A stretch of DNA of 64,000 bases from an uncultured Actinomycetes bacterium (GCA_963778545.1 CAVZUW010000015.1:115825-179824), one strand, 5' to 3'; counted from the stretch's first letter, positions 35,210 through 44,530 are shown. Made by a program: numbers and translations. The notes: generated by a model from the sequence alone, not told the origin.

Positions 35210-36388
35210 ATGGTGAACGAACGGCAGGAGATGCTCGAGCAGAGCGCGACGCTCTACTTCGGACCCTGGTACCGGCGATCCCCGTTCTTCGACGCGACGC
35301 GGCGGGCCGGCTGCACCGCCTACGACGTCTACAACCACATGCTCCTGCCCGCGTACTTCGACGACCCCGTGGTCGAGTACTGGGCGCTGCTCAACGACGT
35401 CACGGTGTGGGACGTCGCGGTCGAGCGCACGGTCGAGATCTCGGGGCCGGACGCGGATCGCTTCGTCGATTCGCTCACGTGTCGCGACCTCACGACCTGC
35501 GCGGTGAAGCAGGGCAAGTACATGATCGTCACCGCGCCGGACGGCGGGATCCTCAACGATCCGGTCTTGCTGCACGTCGGTGAGAACCGGTGGTGGATGC
35601 AGCTCGCGGACTCGGACGCCGGCCTCTACGCGCTCGGCGCCGCGTCCCAGTCGAACCTCGACGTCGAGGTGTCGTACCCGCACGCGTACCCGATGCAGGT
35701 CCAGGGCGCGAAGGCGGCGAAGACGCTGGAGAAGCTCGTGGGCCCCGCCGTGCTCGACCTCAAGTACTACTGGTGCGACTGGTTCGACGTCGGCGACATC
35801 CCGGTGCTGATCAGCCGCACGGGCTGGACCGCGGTCCAGGGGTTCGAGATCAACCTGCTCGACCCTTCCCGCGGTGACGATCTGTGGAACGCGGTGTTCA
35901 CGGCGGGGGAGGAGTTCGGGATCCGGCCGGTCGCGCCGGTCGAGGCGAGGCGGATCGAGGCCGGGATCATGAACTACAACTCGGACATGACCCACCAGGA
36001 CACCCCCCTGCACATCATGGGGCTCGAGCATCTCGTGGAGGACCAGCCGCAGGAGTACGTGGGCAAGGCGGCGCTCGAGGCCCTCAAGGCCAAGGGCGTC
36101 GATCGCAAGCTCGTCGGCATCGAGTGGTCCGGCGACGAGCTCAAGGCCGAGCTCTCGTGGTTCTGGCCGGTCGTTCGGGACGGTGAGCAGGTGGGCCGGG
36201 TCACCGACGCCGTGTGGTCCCCGAAGCTCGAGAAGAACATCGGGTATGCCTGGGTGCCGATCGATCTGGCCGAGCCCGGGACGAGCGTCGACGTGGAGTC
36301 CGAGCACGGGCCGATCACGGTCTCGACGGCCGCGATCCCGTTCATCGACGCCCGCAAGGAGGTCCCGGCGGCCTCCCTGCGCGGCTAG
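35210..36388 (+). CDS. GcvT/DmdA-family THF-dependent aminomethyl/methyl-transferase, paralog 2 (intact)
   Basis: 392 aa. Motifs are YDVYNHMLLP, TVWDVAVERTVEISGPDADRFVDSLTCRDLTTC, DGGILNDPVLL, LISRTGWTAVQGFEI, ARRIEAGIMNY and VWSPKLEKNIGYAW. Confidence 0.8.
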   Translation: MVNERQEMLEQSATLYFGPWYRRSPFFDATRRAGCTAYDVYNHMLLPAYFDDPVVEYWALLNDVTVWDVAVERTVEISGPDADRFVDSLTCRDLTTCAVKQGKYMIVTAPDGGILNDPVLLHVGENRWWMQLADSDAGLYALGAASQSNLDVEVSYPHAYPMQVQGAKAAKTLEKLVGPAVLDLKYYWCDWFDVGDIPVLISRTGWTAVQGFEINLLDPSRGDDLWNAVFTAGEEFGIRPVAPVEARRIEAGIMNYNSDMTHQDTPLHIMGLEHLVEDQPQEYVGKAALEALKAKGVDRKLVGIEWSGDELKAELSWFWPVVRDGEQVGRVTDAVWSPKLEKNIGYAWVPIDLAEPGTSVDVESEHGPITVSTAAIPFIDARKEVPAASLRG

Positions 36389-36421
36389 GTCCGCCGCCGG
36401 TCCGACCGAGGGGGCGTCGAG

Positions 36422-36853
36422 ATGCAGGGCACCAGGGTCGACCGCAGGCCGCCGGAGACCGCGCCCCCCGCCAAGGGCTTCCGGCGCGCGCTCCTGCTCG
36501 TCGAACGCGTCACGAAGGAGACCGTGTGGGACTGCCGCATGTGCGGGCAGTGCATCCTGCACTCGACGGGGCTCTCGTGCCCGATGCGTTGCCCGAAGAA
36601 CCTGCGGAACGGTCCCTGCGGCGGCACGCTGCAGGACGGCAGCTGCGAGGTGGTGCCCGAGATGAAGTGCGTCTGGGTCGCGGCGTGGGAGGGCTCGCGG
36701 CGCCTGCCGCTGTGGCGGGACCACATCCAGCACGTCGAGCCGCCGGTCGACTGGCGGCTCCAGGGAACCTCGTCGTGGGAGAACCTCGTGACGGGTCGCG
36801 ACCGGCAGGTGCCGGAGGGATGGTCGGGATCCGCGCACGGGTCCGGGTCGTGA
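36422..36853 (+). CDS. metV: MetV-like Cys-rich small subunit (MTHFR C-terminal-domain family)
   Basis: The hallmark is CRMCGQCILHSTGLSCPMRCPKNLRNGPCGG...CEVVPEMKCVW. It lies directly upstream of metF. Confidence 0.7.
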   Translation: MQGTRVDRRPPETAPPAKGFRRALLLVERVTKETVWDCRMCGQCILHSTGLSCPMRCPKNLRNGPCGGTLQDGSCEVVPEMKCVWVAAWEGSRRLPLWRDHIQHVEPPVDWRLQGTSSWENLVTGRDRQVPEGWSGSAHGSGS

Positions 36854-36863
36854 GACCCGCCCG

Positions 36864-37814
36864 ATGACGGAGGAGGCTCCGCGCAGCCACCTGCACCGCC
36901 TGTTGCGGGCGGGCGAGTTCGTCGTCACGGCCGAGCTCCAGACGAGCGACTCGGCCGACCCGGCGCGCATCGCCGAGCTGGCCGGGACCCTCCGGGGCAA
37001 GGTCGACGCGGTGAACTGCACGGACAACAGCGCCGCCCATGCGCACATCGCGGCGATGGCGGCCGCTCGCCTGCTCCTGGATCAGGGCGTCGAACCCGTG
37101 ATGCAGCTGGTCTGCCGCGACCGTAACCGGCTCGCCCTGCAGGCCGACCTCCTGGGTGCGGCCGCGCTGGGGGTTCGCAACATCGTCTGCATGACGGGCG
37201 ACGACGTCAGCGCCGGCGACCATCCCGAGACCAAGCCGATCTACGACCTCGACTCCGTCCAGTTGATCCGGACGGCGAAGATCATGCGGGACGAGGGCAC
37301 GTACCTCTCGGGCCGGGCCCTGTCCGACCCGCCGAGCCTGCTGATCGGCGCCGTCGAGAACCCGTTCGCGCCGCCGCTCGAGTTCCGGCCGATGCGGCTC
37401 GGGACGAAGATCGAGGCGGGGGCCGAGTTCGTCCAGACGCAGATCTGCTTCAACCTCGACAAGCTTCGGGTCTTCATGGCTCGGTGTGGCGAGCTCGGGC
37501 TGCTGGAGCACGTGAAGGTGCTGGCCGGGGTGTTCGTGCCGAGCTCGGCGGCGGGCGCACGCTACCTGCGCGATCAGGTACCGGGGCTCGACGTGCCCGA
37601 GCAGGTGATCGAGCGGATGGACGCGGTGCCCCGCGAGGCGCAGCGGGAGGAGGGGATCCGGCTCGCGCTCGAGATCGTCGAGGCGGTCCGGCAGATCCCC
37701 GGGGTCTCGGGCATCCACCTGATGACGATCAACCACGAGGAGGCGATCCCTCGCGTCGTCGAGGGCGCGGGGCTGCTGCCGCGTCCCCCCGCGGCGGATG
37801 TGGCGATCGCGTAG
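36864..37814 (+). CDS. metF: Methylenetetrahydrofolate reductase (MetF, MetVF type)
   Basis: 316 aa. EFVVTAELQTSDSADP, VDAVNCTDNSAAHAHI, MQLVCRDRNRLALQADLLGAAALGVRNIVCMTGDD and FVQTQICFN match the TIM-barrel MTHFR family. Confidence 0.8.
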   Translation: MTEEAPRSHLHRLLRAGEFVVTAELQTSDSADPARIAELAGTLRGKVDAVNCTDNSAAHAHIAAMAAARLLLDQGVEPVMQLVCRDRNRLALQADLLGAAALGVRNIVCMTGDDVSAGDHPETKPIYDLDSVQLIRTAKIMRDEGTYLSGRALSDPPSLLIGAVENPFAPPLEFRPMRLGTKIEAGAEFVQTQICFNLDKLRVFMARCGELGLLEHVKVLAGVFVPSSAAGARYLRDQVPGLDVPEQVIERMDAVPREAQREEGIRLALEIVEAVRQIPGVSGIHLMTINHEEAIPRVVEGAGLLPRPPAADVAIA

Positions 37815-37906
37815 CGATCGGGTACGTGCCGAACGCGTCTCCCGGCCTCGGGTGAACGCGCGGACGCCGGGTGTCGAATGGAGCCTGAACCCGACAGACT
37901 GGAGCC

Positions 37907-38995
37907 ATGACCATGAGGCGAGCCCTCCTCGCGCTCGGCGTCGTTGCGGCGCTGGCGTTCTCCGCGTGCACCACCGGAACCACCACCAACAACACCGCCG
38001 AGCCCAAGGCGGTCTTCCCGTCCAGCCAGCCGACCGTCGCCACGGGCCAGGGCGCCGTCATCCAGGTCGTGCGCAAGGTGCTCCCGGCGGTCGTGAACGT
38101 CGTGGCGGACAGCTCCGAGGGACAGGGCGAGGGGACCGGGTTCGTCGTGCGCTCGGACGGCATCGTCGTGACGAACTTCCACGTGGTGGAGGGCGCATCG
38201 AAGGTCACCGTGCTCAGCTCGGCCGATGAGCCGGTCCACTACGACGCCCGCGTGATCGGCGGCGACGAAGAGGCAGATCTCGCCGTCCTCCAGGTGGACG
38301 CGACCGATCTGCCGACGGTCGCGATGGGGAACTCCTCCGATCTGCAGCTCGGCCAGCAGGTGGTCGCGCTCGGCTACGCGCTCGGGTTGGCGGGCGGGCC
38401 GTCCGTCACGACCGGCGTCGTCTCGTCGCTCACGCGCAGGATCACGGTGCAGGACCCCCGGTGCACCGAATGCACCAACGGCGAGCGGGTCTACACGGAC
38501 GTGATCCAGACCGATGCCGCGATCAACCCCGGGAACTCCGGAGGACCCCTCCTGAACATGGCGGGGCAGGTCGTCGGGATCAACACCGCGGGGGCGAACC
38601 AAGCCGAGAACATCGGGTTCGCGATCCAGGTCGACTCGGTCAAGCCGACGATCTTCCAGGCCGCTGAGAACCCGTCGCAGCCGGTCGCGTTCATGGGGAT
38701 CTCCTCCGCGGACGCCTCGGACCCGTCGGTCCAGTTCGAGTTCAACCCGCAGGTGAACAGCGGTGCCGTGATCGTGGATCTCGTGAGCGGCGGACCGGCC
38801 GAGCAGGCCGGGATCCAGGTCGGCGACGTGGTCGTGCAGTTCGACGGCCAAGCGGTGGACTCGGCCGAACGGCTCGGCGAGCTGATCCGCGAGCACCGGC
38901 CCGGCGACCAGGTCGAGGTCGGCGTCGTCCACTCGGACGGGTCGCGGGACACGCTCAGCGTCACGCTGGGCGTGAACCCGGTCGCGACGACCTAG
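37907..38995 (+). CDS. HtrA/DegP-family serine protease (S1C) with one C-terminal PDZ domain; lipoprotein signal
   Basis: The lipobox is ALAFSAC. The catalytic residues sit in VVTNFHVV, EADLAVL and GNSGGPL. The PDZ domain includes GPAEQAGIQVGDVVVQFDGQAV. Confidence 0.85.
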   Translation: MTMRRALLALGVVAALAFSACTTGTTTNNTAEPKAVFPSSQPTVATGQGAVIQVVRKVLPAVVNVVADSSEGQGEGTGFVVRSDGIVVTNFHVVEGASKVTVLSSADEPVHYDARVIGGDEEADLAVLQVDATDLPTVAMGNSSDLQLGQQVVALGYALGLAGGPSVTTGVVSSLTRRITVQDPRCTECTNGERVYTDVIQTDAAINPGNSGGPLLNMAGQVVGINTAGANQAENIGFAIQVDSVKPTIFQAAENPSQPVAFMGISSADASDPSVQFEFNPQVNSGAVIVDLVSGGPAEQAGIQVGDVVVQFDGQAVDSAERLGELIREHRPGDQVEVGVVHSDGSRDTLSVTLGVNPVATT

Positions 38996-39035
38996 CTCGC
39001 AAGGCACGGGCGGGCTTCGAGCACCGGTGGTGCGC

Positions 39036-39041
39036 TAGCCT
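39036..39041 (+). promoter_or_regulatory. -10 hexamer TAGCCT for a leaderless thiS/ttuB-ttuA-trmI transcript
   Basis: It ends 7 nt before GTG 39049, with no SD. Confidence 0.4.
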
Positions 39042-39048
39042 GACCCGC

Positions 39049-40269
39049 GTGAAGGTGAGGCTCCGCAACCCCGACCGGGAGGTCGAGCTCGCCGGCGGTC
39101 GCAAGATCCACGACGTCCTGGGCGAACTCGGCATCAACCCCGACACCGTGCTCGTGATCCGTGAGCGCGAGCTGCTCACGCGCGAGGATCGGGTCGGCGA
39201 GGCCGACGTGATCGAGATCCGCCCGGTGATCAGCGGCGGCTCCGGCGGGAATCGGATGAAGTGCCGCCGATGCAAGGCGCCCGCGGTCGTCGAGATCCGC
39301 CGGCACAACGCGGCGTTCTGCGCCGACTGCTTCCTGCGCCACGTGCGCGAACAGGTCAGGCGGGCGATCGAGGGGCACGACATGTTCGAACCCTCGGACC
39401 GGATCCTGGTCGCGGTCTCGGGCGGCAAGGACTCCCTCGCGCTGTGGGACGTCCTGCTCGAGGCCGGCTACCACGCGGACGGGCTGTACCTCGGGCTCGG
39501 GATCGGCGAGTACTCGGAACGCTCGCATCGGATCGCGCGCGGGTTCGCCGACGAACGCGACGCGCGCCTCGTCGAGGTCGACCTTGCGCGCGACTACGGT
39601 TTCGACGTGCCGACCGCCGGCAAGAAGGGCTCGCGGTCGACCTGCGCGGTGTGTGGCCTGTCCAAGCGCTACGTCTTCAATCGCGCCGCGCGCGAGGGCG
39701 GGTACGACGTGATCGCGACCGGCCACAACCTGGACGACGAGGCCGCGACGTTGCTCGGCAACACGCTTCGGTGGCAGACGGACTACATCGCGCGCCAGTC
39801 CCCGGTGCTGCCGGCGGAGGAGGGGTTCGCGCGCAAGGTGAAGCCGCTGTACCGGCTCTCGGAGCTCGAGACCGCCGCGTTCGCGTTCCTGCGCGGGATC
39901 GACTACGTGGTGGAGGAGTGCCCGCTCGTGGGCGGGAACACGCAGCTCCGGTACAAGGACGCGATGAACCACCTCGAATCGACCTCGCCCGGCACCAAGG
40001 CGCAGTTCCTCTTCGGCTACCTGGACCGGGCCGCCCCGCTGTTCGCGACGCAGGACGAGGTCGAGCTCGTCGGGTGCGAGCGATGCGGCCAGCCCACGAC
40101 CGGCAGGTTCTGCGCGTTCTGCCGCGCGCAGGCGCAGATCCTGGGCGAGCGGCTCGGAGAGCCGCGGGCCGGGCGGGTTGAACCAGGCGAATCGAGCGAT
40201 CGCGAGACGGCCGAGGCCCTGTCCGACGAGGTCATGCCGGTGGAGATCTACGGGAGCGTGCCGCGATGA
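39049..40269 (+). CDS. ttuA: Fusion protein: N-terminal ThiS/MoaD/TtuB-like beta-grasp sulfur-carrier domain (ending ...VISGG at aa 64) joined to a TtuA/NcsA-type tRNA 2-thiolation PP-loop ATPase
   Basis: Residues 1-64 are MKVRLRNPDREVELAGG...EADVIEIRPVISGG, followed by the linker SGGNR. From M70 the TtuA module has CRRC...CADC, the PP-loop VAVSGGKDS, CAVCGLSKRY, GHNLDDE, ECP and CERCG...CAFC. It is one uninterrupted ORF of 406 aa. Confidence 0.75.
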   Translation: MKVRLRNPDREVELAGGRKIHDVLGELGINPDTVLVIRERELLTREDRVGEADVIEIRPVISGGSGGNRMKCRRCKAPAVVEIRRHNAAFCADCFLRHVREQVRRAIEGHDMFEPSDRILVAVSGGKDSLALWDVLLEAGYHADGLYLGLGIGEYSERSHRIARGFADERDARLVEVDLARDYGFDVPTAGKKGSRSTCAVCGLSKRYVFNRAAREGGYDVIATGHNLDDEAATLLGNTLRWQTDYIARQSPVLPAEEGFARKVKPLYRLSELETAAFAFLRGIDYVVEECPLVGGNTQLRYKDAMNHLESTSPGTKAQFLFGYLDRAAPLFATQDEVELVGCERCGQPTTGRFCAFCRAQAQILGERLGEPRAGRVEPGESSDRETAEALSDEVMPVEIYGSVPR

Positions 40270-41042
40270 TCGGGCCGTTCGAGGCGGGGGAGAGGATCCT
40301 GCTGGTGGACCAGCGCGACCGCCGGTACCTGCTCACGCTCCAGACGGGCGAGACCTGGCACTCCCACGGCGGCGGACTCTCGCACGACCTGCTGATCGGA
40401 TCGCCCGAGGGGACCCTGGTGCACTCGGCGACGGGGATGGCGTTCCGAGCGTTCCGACCGCGGCTGGCCGACTTCGTGCTCAAGATGCCGAGGGGCGCCC
40501 AGGTCGTCTACCCCAAGGACGTCGGCGCGATCCTGGTCGGGGCGGACGTCTTCCCGGGTGCCCGCGTCCTGGAGGCCGGGACGGGTTCGGGCTCGCTCAC
40601 GCTGGCCCTGTGCCGGGCCACCGGTCCCGAAGGCCGGGTGGTCTCCTACGACCTGCGGCCCGAGTTCCAGGAGGGGGCGGCCCGGAACATCGAGTCGTTC
40701 TTCGGGAAGGCGCCGGACTGGCTCGAGCTCCGCGATGGCGACGTCCGCGACGTCGCGGGGAGCGGCGAGATCTTCGACCGCGCGATCTTGGATCTCCCGG
40801 AGCCGTGGGAGGCGCTCGAGCCGCTCGCGACCGTGCTGCCACCGGGCGCGATCTTCTGCGGGTACCTGCCGACGACGAACCAGGTGCAGCAACTGGTGCT
40901 CGCCATGGAGCGGAGCGGATACGAGCACCTCGAGACGTTCGAGGTGCTCCACCGCTCGTGGCACGTGACCGCGCGGAGCGTCCGGCCGGACCAGCGGATG
41001 GTGGCGCACACCGGGTTCATCACGCTCGCGCGTCGCGTCTGA
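40266..41042 (+). CDS. trmI: tRNA (adenine58-N1)-methyltransferase
   Basis: ATGA overlap with the upstream gene. PRGAQVVYPKDVGAILVGADVFPGARVLEAGTGSGSLTLAL and RAILDLPEPWE match the Rv2118c/TrmI family. It occupies the conserved position upstream of mpa. Confidence 0.85.
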   Translation: MIGPFEAGERILLVDQRDRRYLLTLQTGETWHSHGGGLSHDLLIGSPEGTLVHSATGMAFRAFRPRLADFVLKMPRGAQVVYPKDVGAILVGADVFPGARVLEAGTGSGSLTLALCRATGPEGRVVSYDLRPEFQEGAARNIESFFGKAPDWLELRDGDVRDVAGSGEIFDRAILDLPEPWEALEPLATVLPPGAIFCGYLPTTNQVQQLVLAMERSGYEHLETFEVLHRSWHVTARSVRPDQRMVAHTGFITLARRV

Positions 41043-41178
41043 GCGATCAGCCCGCGGACGTCCGAGCGACAACCTTTGACCCGAGGAGGCGTTCAGTAAG
41101 GCGTATCCGCTGCCGAAAAGCGTATGGATAGGCCAAGAGACCTCCCCCGCCTTCATCGGTAAGGGGGAGGACCAGGGG

Positions 41179-41184
41179 TATGCT
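41179..41184 (+). promoter_or_regulatory. Candidate -10 hexamer TATGCT for mpa
   Basis: It lies 25 nt upstream of ATG 41210. The short leader would carry the GGGAGGTGAAGGAG SD. This argues for 41210 over ATG 41180, which sits inside the hexamer. Confidence 0.3.
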
Positions 41185-41209
41185 TCCGCACCGGCGGGAG
41201 GTGAAGGAG

Positions 41210-42961
41210 ATGCCGGAGCCCGATCCACGCGAACAGCAGGAACTGTTCGAGAAGAAGGTCCACGAGCTCCAGACGCAGGTCCGCTTCCTCGAGGACGAGG
41301 TCTCCCTCCTCCGACGCCGGCTCACGAACGCCCCTCGCCAGGTCAAGCTGCTCGAGGACAAGCTCCTCGAGGCACGTTCGGATCTCGCCCGCGCGCTCTC
41401 CCAGAACGAGAAGCTCGCCGGGACGCTCCATGCCGAGAAGGAGCGGATCGAGGGGCTCCGCGAGGAGGTCGAGAAGCTCAGCCAGCCTCCCGCATCGTTC
41501 GGCGTCTACCTCGGCACCAACGACGACGGCTCGGTCGACGTGTTCACCGCGGGTCGCAAGATGCGCGTGAACGTCTCCCCGGACGTCGAGACCGACCGCC
41601 TGCGCAAGGGCGCCGAGGTGATCCTCAACGAGGCGCTGAACGTCGTCGAGGTGCTCCTGCCCGACCGGGCGGGCGAGGTCGTCAAGGTCAAGGACCGGCT
41701 CGGCGACGACCGCGTGATCGTGATCGGACGGGGCGACGAGGAGCTCGTGGCCACGCTCGGCACCGCGCTGCTCGACGTGCAGATCCGCGCCGGCGACCCG
41801 TTGCTGATCGACCCGCGGTCCAACGTCGCGCTCGAGAAGCTGCCGAAGGAAGAGGTCGAGGAGCTCGTGCTCGAGGAGATCCCCGACGTGTCCTACGAGG
41901 ACATCGGCGGGCTCGAGGGGCAGATCGAGGCGATCCGCGACGCGGTCGAGCTGCCGTTCCTGTACGCGGAGCTGTTCCACGAGCACCAGCTCGAGGCGCC
42001 GAAGGGCGTCCTGCTCTACGGGCCCCCGGGCTGCGGGAAGACCCTGATCGCCAAGGCCGTGGCCAAGTCGCTCGCGGACAAGGTTCGCGAGCGCACCGGA
42101 CGCCAGGACGCGCACTCGTACTTCCTGAACATCAAGGGCCCGGAGCTGCTGAACAAGTACGTCGGCGAGACCGAGCGGCAGATCCGGCAGATCTTCCAGC
42201 GCGCGAAGGAGCGGAGCGAGGAGGGGCTGCCGGTCATCGTGTTCTTCGACGAGATGGACTCGATCTTCCGCACCCGCGGGACGGGGATCTCGAGCGACGT
42301 CGAGTCGACGATCGTGCCGCAGCTGCTGTCCGAGCTCGACGGCGTCGAGACCCTGAAGAACGTGATCGTGATCGGGGCGTCGAACCGCGAGGACCTGATC
42401 GACCCGGCGATCCTGCGACCCGGGCGGCTCGACGTGAAGATCAAGATCGAGCGCCCCGACGCCGCGCAGGCTGCCGACATCATGGCCAAGTACCTGAACC
42501 CGACCGTCCCGATCCACCCCGAGGACATCGCCCGAGCCAGCGGCGACGTCAAGGCCACGACCTCGCGGATGATCCAGTCGACGATCGACCGGATGTACTC
42601 GGAGGCCGAGGACAACCGGTTCCTCGAGGTCACGTACGCGAGCGGCGACAAGGAGATCCTGTACTTCAAGGACTTCAACTCGGGCGCGATGATCGAGAAC
42701 ATCGTGCGCCGCGCGAAGAAGGAGGCGATCAAGCGCTTCCTGTCGATGGGGGAAAAGGGCATCAAGGCCGAGGACCTGTCGCGCGCGATCCGCGACGAGT
42801 TCAAGGAGAACGAGGACCTGCCGAACACGACCAACCCGGACGACTGGGCGCGGATCTCGGGCAAGAAGGGCGAGCGCATCGTCTACGTGCGCACGCTGCT
42901 CGGCGATGGCGACAGCGAGGGCAGGCAGGTCGAGCGGGTCAGCGCCGGCCAGTACCTGTAA
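41210..42961 (+). CDS. mpa: Proteasome-associated AAA ATPase (Mpa/ARC)
   Basis: N-terminal coiled coil, the OB region [28 protein letters not shown], Walker [19 protein letters not shown], and the C-terminal [22 protein letters not shown] ... GQYL tail. Confidence 0.9.
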   Translation: MPEPDPREQQELFEKKVHELQTQVRFLEDEVSLLRRRLTNAPRQVKLLEDKLLEARSDLARALSQNEKLAGTLHAEKERIEGLREEVEKLSQPPASFGVYLGTNDDGSVDVFTAGRKMRVNVSPDVETDRLRKGAEVILNEALNVVEVLLPDRAGEVVKVKDRLGDDRVIVIGRGDEELVATLGTALLDVQIRAGDPLLIDPRSNVALEKLPKEEVEELVLEEIPDVSYEDIGGLEGQIEAIRDAVELPFLYAELFHEHQLEAPKGVLLYGPPGCGKTLIAKAVAKSLADKVRERTGRQDAHSYFLNIKGPELLNKYVGETERQIRQIFQRAKERSEEGLPVIVFFDEMDSIFRTRGTGISSDVESTIVPQLLSELDGVETLKNVIVIGASNREDLIDPAILRPGRLDVKIKIERPDAAQAADIMAKYLNPTVPIHPEDIARASGDVKATTSRMIQSTIDRMYSEAEDNRFLEVTYASGDKEILYFKDFNSGAMIENIVRRAKKEAIKRFLSMGEKGIKAEDLSRAIRDEFKENEDLPNTTNPDDWARISGKKGERIVYVRTLLGDGDSEGRQVERVSAGQYL

Positions 42962-42964
42962 GGT
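42959..42964 (+). promoter_or_regulatory. -10 hexamer TAAGGT overlapping the mpa stop; leaderless dop start 6 nt downstream
   Basis: The sequence is ctgTAAGGTccccggATG. Confidence 0.3.
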
Positions 42965-42970
42965 CCCCGG

Positions 42971-44455
42971 ATGGCCATCCCCAAGGTCATCGGGACCGAG
43001 ACCGAGTACGGGATCTCCGCGGTCGGGTCGCCCGAGTTCAACCCGGTCATCTCCTCCTCCCTGCTGATCAGTACCTACGCGGGCGCGCTCCGACGGATCC
43101 GTTGGGACTACGAGCAGGAGTCACCGCTCCGCGATGCCCGCGGGTTCGAACCCGTCCAGCTGCGCGAACCTTCCGAGGAGGACCTGGGTCTCGCGAACGT
43201 GATCCTGCCCAACGGGGCCCGCTACTACGTCGACCACGCGCACCCCGAGTACTCCACGCCCGAGTGCGTGACGCCGCGCGACCTCGTGATCCACGACAAG
43301 GCGGGGGAGCGGGTGCTCGAACGGTCCCTCGAGGAGATCCAGCGCACGATGCCCGGCGCCCAGCGGCTCGCGGTCTACAAGAACAACAGCGACGGGAAGG
43401 GCAACTCGTACGGGACCCACGAGAACTACCTGGTCGACCGGCAGGTGCCGTTCGGCAACCTGGTCGCGGGGCTCACACCGTTCTTCGTGAGCCGTCAGAT
43501 CTTCTGCGGTGCCGGGAAGCTGGGCGGGGAGGCATCGTGGGACGAGCGGTCGCGGGACCGCTACCAGGTGACGCAACGTGCGGACTTCTTCGAGGCCGAG
43601 GTCGGTCTGGAGACCACCCTGAAGCGTCCGATCATCAACACCCGCGACGAGCCGCACGCCGACCCCGAGAAGTACCGCCGGCTGCACGTGATCGTCGGCG
43701 ACGCGAACCTGTGCGAGGTCGCGACCCTGCTGAAGCTCGGCACGACGTCGCTCGTCCTCAAGCTGATCGAGGACGGCGACGCGCCCGACCTCACGCTGGC
43801 GACGCCGGTGCCGTCGCTCCACGACGTGTCCCGCGACCTCACGTGCACGGCGCCGATCCGCCTGGCGGACGGCCGCAGGCTCACGGCGGTGCAGATGCAG
43901 TGGGAGTACCTCGAGCGGGCTCGGAAGTACGTCGAGCAGGAGGACACCACGGCGGACAACCTCGAGGTGCTCGAACGCTGGGAGGCGGTGCTCACCGGGC
44001 TGGAGGACGACCCGATGCAGCTCTCGCGTGAGCTCGACTGGGTCGCCAAGTACCGGCTGCTCGAGGGCTACCGGGAGCGGGACGAGCTCGAGTGGTCCGA
44101 CGCCAAGCTGCGGCTGATCGACCTGCAGTACCACGACGTGCGTCGGGACAAGGGGCTGTATCACCGGCTGGTCGCCACGGGACAGGTCGAGCGGCTCGTC
44201 TCGGACGAGGACGTCGAGCGGGCGATCATGGAGCCGCCCGAGGACACGCGGGCCTACTTCCGGGGCCGCTGCATCGCGCGCTACCCGGACGCGATCGCCG
44301 CGGCGTCGTGGGACTCGATCATCTTCGACACCGGGGCCGAGGCGCTCCAGCGGGTGCCGATGCGCGAGCCGCTGCGCGGCACGAAGGAGCACGTCGACGA
44401 GCTGTTCGAGCGGGCCGCCGACGCCGCCGCGCTCGTCCAGATGCTCCGCTCCTAG
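42971..44455 (+). CDS. dop: Pup deamidase/depupylase
   Basis: 494 aa. VIGTETEYGIS and ANVILPNGARYYVDHAHPEYSTPEC are present. It has the longer insert relative to PafA, and sits after mpa. Confidence 0.9.
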   Translation: MAIPKVIGTETEYGISAVGSPEFNPVISSSLLISTYAGALRRIRWDYEQESPLRDARGFEPVQLREPSEEDLGLANVILPNGARYYVDHAHPEYSTPECVTPRDLVIHDKAGERVLERSLEEIQRTMPGAQRLAVYKNNSDGKGNSYGTHENYLVDRQVPFGNLVAGLTPFFVSRQIFCGAGKLGGEASWDERSRDRYQVTQRADFFEAEVGLETTLKRPIINTRDEPHADPEKYRRLHVIVGDANLCEVATLLKLGTTSLVLKLIEDGDAPDLTLATPVPSLHDVSRDLTCTAPIRLADGRRLTAVQMQWEYLERARKYVEQEDTTADNLEVLERWEAVLTGLEDDPMQLSRELDWVAKYRLLEGYRERDELEWSDAKLRLIDLQYHDVRRDKGLYHRLVATGQVERLVSDEDVERAIMEPPEDTRAYFRGRCIARYPDAIAAASWDSIIFDTGAEALQRVPMREPLRGTKEHVDELFERAADAAALVQMLRS

Positions 44456-44530
44456 CCAACCGCGATCGCACCACGAGCGCCTGCAGGTCGGGTCCTCAAT
44501 CGGCCCGGAGCCCCGACCGATGCTCCTTCG

